From: an uncultured Oligoflexus sp.
GTDB lineage: Bacteria > Bdellovibrionota_B > Oligoflexia > Oligoflexales > Oligoflexaceae
Direction: 5' to 3'
Length of the DNA stretch: 17,763 bases
Assembly (NCBI GenBank): GCA_964236955.1
Contig: CAXSGP010000097.1
Location: forward strand, 1-17,763
In this document: positions 14,751-17,763 of the stretch, piece by piece
Numbering within the stretch: the stretch's first letter is position 1
Layout of the letters: each line of letters begins with the position of its first letter
Notes under the pieces: model-generated
The model's database searches: none
What the model saw: the letters and a program-made list of their open reading frames with translations, nothing else
What the model was told of the DNA's origin: nothing
Made by a program: the position numbers and the translations under genes

Positions 14751-16519
14751 AAGCGGCTCCTTGGACGTCGGTTAAAATACCAGCCAGCTAGTAAAACAAG
14801 CAGTGGAATCAAATAGATAGACCCATGAAAGAGCAGCAGCTCCCGCGAGTTTTCATGGCGGATCAGGACGTCTTCCTCGGATTCCGTTGAACCGGCCTGT
14901 TCGGAGCGATCGCTGAGCCAGCGCACGGCATCCATCGCTGCCAATTGATTGCTGGCCACCTTCATCAAGGTGTCGGAGAAGATACTGGCATCGGCAAAGG
15001 CGACAAGCTTGGCCTTGGCCTTGGTTTCACCAGCGACCACGAGCGGATAATTACCGCGTGCCTCTGCCTCGTCGGCTTCAAAATTGCGGTTCGTATCGAG
15101 GAAACTGCCGCTTATGCTAAGGACTATAGCTTTGAAAGCCCAATCGAGGGGCTTTGCCAAAAGAGCCCAGGAACCGCTTCGAAAGCTCATGAGGGACAGC
15201 CGATCCGAGTTGGCCTTGAGTGTAGAGATCGCCGGATGATCGACAAAATTATTGCTGTAGATAAAGTAGCGATCCGATTTCTGACGGGAGTTCGTGACAA
15301 ATCGTTCGTCATGGGCCAAAGGCGTGGGATCATACCTTAGGCCGTTGCGCAGCAGAAATTTTGGTAACTCGTCATCGGCATTGATCGAACCGGGCAACTG
15401 ATCGGACTGGTCGATATCAAGGGCGAGGAGGATACGGCCACCCCTATCGATATAGCGCTGCAGGGCGGTCATCTCCTCGACGGCAAAACCGGTTTCCGGG
15501 CCCATGATCGCCAGGATCTTGGTTTCTGCCGGGACATCCTGAAAAAGAGTTGTAAGGCGACGGGCTCGATAGTTCTGACTGCGCAAAAGGGCTTCAAAGG
15601 TCGCCATCGTCCGGAGCGGGCTGCCCGACTCCCACAGCATCTCGCCATGAGTCGCCGTGAAATAGATGATGGAGGGTTCACTTGTGAGCTGCAGCAGGGC
15701 TTTTTGAAAGGCGCTGTCCAGGGTACGAAGATTGCGTCTCGCCTCATCCATGCGATCACCCGTTTCGAAACGCTGCCGCCTCTCGCCATCCATCAGCACG
15801 ATTTGCCCATTTCTCGCGATACGAAATTCCTCGGCCTGCATCGGATTAAAATCTTTATCGTAGTATTCAAATTTCAGCTGACTGGGAGGCAGGCTCTGAA
15901 AGTATTCGCGCACCAAAGGCAGGACTTCACTTTCGCGCGAATAGAAGACGCCGACTCGAATCGGATTATTCAGGTGTCCGACGATTTTTTTGCTGGCCTC
16001 ACCCGATTTGGAGGCTTTGAGATAGCTCATATCGAAGATGATATCTTTTTTATTCGCGGCATAGTTGAGGCACAACAGACCGATGAAAATAAGACCAAGA
16101 CTTAGGGAGGAATGCAGGCGGCGCTGAACCGCTTTTTGACCATCGAAGGTCAAAGAGCGCAAGGCGGGAAGTTCAATGCCAAGGGCCACAAAAGCACCGA
16201 CGATAACCAGACCCGTACATCCTGCGAGCAGGAGCGATGGGACGAGGGGCGGCGATGAGAGAAAGGAGCGGGCGAGGAAATAAATCGCGATCGCCAGGAT
16301 CCAGCATAATTTCCAGCCTATCACCACTTTGAGATAGTCCCGACGTTGACCGGCGCTACGAAAAAAGGCCAAAAGGTCGATGACTAGGACGCAGGCGATC
16401 GCTACCCCACCGATGACCAGACTTGGCCTGGGCAGGGTTCCATAGCGTTGACTTGAATAGATGATCACGGTCGCGAGAAGAAAGGAAACGAGGCTCAGCC
16501 GGCGCAGCACATCTTTCAT
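14747..16519 (-). CDS. GldG-like ABC transporter auxiliary component
   Basis: FDMS...SGEASKKIVGHLNNPIRV, IYFTATHGE, ILAIMGPETGF..EE..ALQRYIDRGGRILLALD, LVAFADASIFSD, N..AMDAVRWL and a C-terminal TM helix followed by RRPR. ATG 16519 overlaps the upstream stop (ATGA). Confidence 0.82.
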   Translation of the reverse strand: MKDVLRRLSLVSFLLATVIIYSSQRYGTLPRPSLVIGGVAIACVLVIDLLAFFRSAGQRRDYLKVVIGWKLCWILAIAIYFLARSFLSSPPLVPSLLLAGCTGLVIVGAFVALGIELPALRSLTFDGQKAVQRRLHSSLSLGLIFIGLLCLNYAANKKDIIFDMSYLKASKSGEASKKIVGHLNNPIRVGVFYSRESEVLPLVREYFQSLPPSQLKFEYYDKDFNPMQAEEFRIARNGQIVLMDGERRQRFETGDRMDEARRNLRTLDSAFQKALLQLTSEPSIIYFTATHGEMLWESGSPLRTMATFEALLRSQNYRARRLTTLFQDVPAETKILAIMGPETGFAVEEMTALQRYIDRGGRILLALDIDQSDQLPGSINADDELPKFLLRNGLRYDPTPLAHDERFVTNSRQKSDRYFIYSNNFVDHPAISTLKANSDRLSLMSFRSGSWALLAKPLDWAFKAIVLSISGSFLDTNRNFEADEAEARGNYPLVVAGETKAKAKLVAFADASIFSDTLMKVASNQLAAMDAVRWLSDRSEQAGSTESEEDVLIRHENSRELLLFHGSIYLIPLLVLLAGWYFNRRPRSRL

Positions 16520-17244
16520 CCGTGCGCCCTCCGCCCTTCCAGGGCCCGTACTGAACATTCCAAAAAGAATAGAGACAGACTCAAATAAAAGATGACATCT
16601 CGGCTATGGATGATACCAAGCGTGAAGGGGCGAAATCGTTCGCTATGAATGGAGACATAGGAGAGAAATTCTTTAAATGGTGAATCCGCCCGGTTCGACA
16701 GCAACCAGAGCAGGAGCAGGACGACGGTAAGGGCTGCTGCGGCGACGCCGGCGAGGACTTGGGTCGGAGCGAGCGCTGACGAAAATAAGGCGATAGCCAA
16801 AACAGAAGCCCCGAGCAGACTGACTCCAAGATAGCCAGCAAAGACATGCCCCCAGGATATTTTGCCCTCTAAAAATATGACTGCGGGCAGATAGAGACTC
16901 AAAATATTCAAAAGCCCGAACATCAGCAGGGCGCTTAAGAATTTTCCCCACACGATCTGGCGTTCGGTAATGGGCGAGGTGAAGAGAAGGACCAGGCTTT
17001 TCGTCTGTTTTTCTTCAGCGATCAATCGCATGGCCAGGAGCGTGGCCGAAACCATGCCAATGCCACTGCTGAAATAAAAAAAGTCTTTGAGGACGTCGGC
17101 CGAAAATTTGGGGGCATCGCCCAGGGCGAAGACATTGAAGAAGATCCCGTTCAGCAGCAAGGCGGCGAAAATCACGATATAGCCCAGCCAGGTCGAGAAG
17201 TAGGCGGCGAGTTCGCGCCGCATGATGGTCAGGACTTTGCTCAT
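16516..17244 (-). CDS. ABC-2 type permease, GldF-like
   Basis: IMRRELAAYFST, LAMRLIAEEKQTKSLVLLFTSPITERQIVWGKFL, about 6 TM helices, F..GII..RDVIFYLS; ATGA overlaps at both ends. Confidence 0.9.
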   Translation of the reverse strand: MSKVLTIMRRELAAYFSTWLGYIVIFAALLLNGIFFNVFALGDAPKFSADVLKDFFYFSSGIGMVSATLLAMRLIAEEKQTKSLVLLFTSPITERQIVWGKFLSALLMFGLLNILSLYLPAVIFLEGKISWGHVFAGYLGVSLLGASVLAIALFSSALAPTQVLAGVAAAALTVVLLLLWLLSNRADSPFKEFLSYVSIHSERFRPFTLGIIHSRDVIFYLSLSLFFLECSVRALEGRRAHG

Positions 17245-17763
17245 GCCTTTTCTCCCCTAACGAGTTTAAGGAAAAGAGTTTCCAATTCCGCTTCGCGCCG
17301 CTGCAGGGTTAAAAGCCCAAGTCCACACGCAATGACAAGACTAGCGATGGCGGGTCGCAATTCTTCAGAGCAAGTCAGGGCGAGGCTTCGTTCGTTGACG
17401 ATGCGAATTTCAACGATGCCTGGCATGGCTCTGAGTTTAGCCAAAAGGGTTTCGATGGGCCCGATGACTTCGAGGCGAATATCAAATTCATCCTGCGCCT
17501 TGCCACGCAGCTCCTGCTCGGTGCCTTCGGCAACGAGTCTCCCCTTATCGATGACGAGGATGCGATCGCAGGTTCTGGTGATTTCGGAAAGGATATGGCT
17601 TGAAAGGATGACCGTATGGTGCTGCCTGAGGGAAAGGATCAAGTCCCTCATCTCGACGATCTGAACTGGATCCAGACCGTTGATGGGTTCATCGAGAATA
17701 AGAACCTTGGGTCTATGGACGAGAGCTTGAGCGATATTGGTCCGCTGGCGATAGCCGTGGGAA
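17241..17763 (-). CDS. ABC transporter ATP-binding protein, GldA-like (partial; starts beyond the right edge)
   Basis: The frame stays open beyond the listed 17651 start: SHGYRQRTNIAQALVHRPKVLILDEPINGLDPVQIVEMRDLI...ILSSHILSE (signature, Walker B, D-loop, H-loop). Confidence 0.92.
   Translation of the reverse strand, partial: SHGYRQRTNIAQALVHRPKVLILDEPINGLDPVQIVEMRDLILSLRQHHTVILSSHILSEITRTCDRILVIDKGRLVAEGTEQELRGKAQDEFDIRLEVIGPIETLLAKLRAMPGIVEIRIVNERSLALTCSEELRPAIASLVIACGLGLLTLQRREAELETLFLKLVRGEKA

Noticed and set aside
220..17664. Many antisense or alternate-frame ORFs (e.g. 928-1491, 3070-3738, 11142-11627, 12823-13278, 15647-16105, 4067-4276)
   Set aside because: They are shadows of well-supported genes with no recognisable motifs.

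Overview
A gene-dense bacterial chromosomal segment with no mobile elements, CRISPR array, rRNA or tRNA. The short flagellin, the REC-TPR protein and the GldAFG-like/DUF4340 operon suggest a Bdellovibrionota/Oligoflexia-like host; this is an inference. Left to right: a truncated secreted Pro-rich protein coupled to an M14 succinylglutamate desuccinylase/aspartoacylase, an orphan REC+TPR regulator, a phosphofructokinase, two stand-alone tiny Lys/Arg-rich genes flanking a GNAT and an outer-membrane beta-barrel, coaBC-plsC, a flagellar block (flagellin, an oppositely oriented GNAT, fliD, fliS, flgE) and a four-gene ABC operon. Four observations stand out. (1) The flagellin gene has its own terminator, and the only near-consensus sigma-28 promoter I found lies about 1 kb upstream of fliD, firing antisense through the whole GNAT gene (excludon-like). 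(2) That promoter sits in one arm of a ~120-130 nt imperfect inverted repeat. (3) The two small basic proteins look like ribosomal proteins but match no family I recognise. (4) CoaBC carries archaeal-type decarboxylase motifs.
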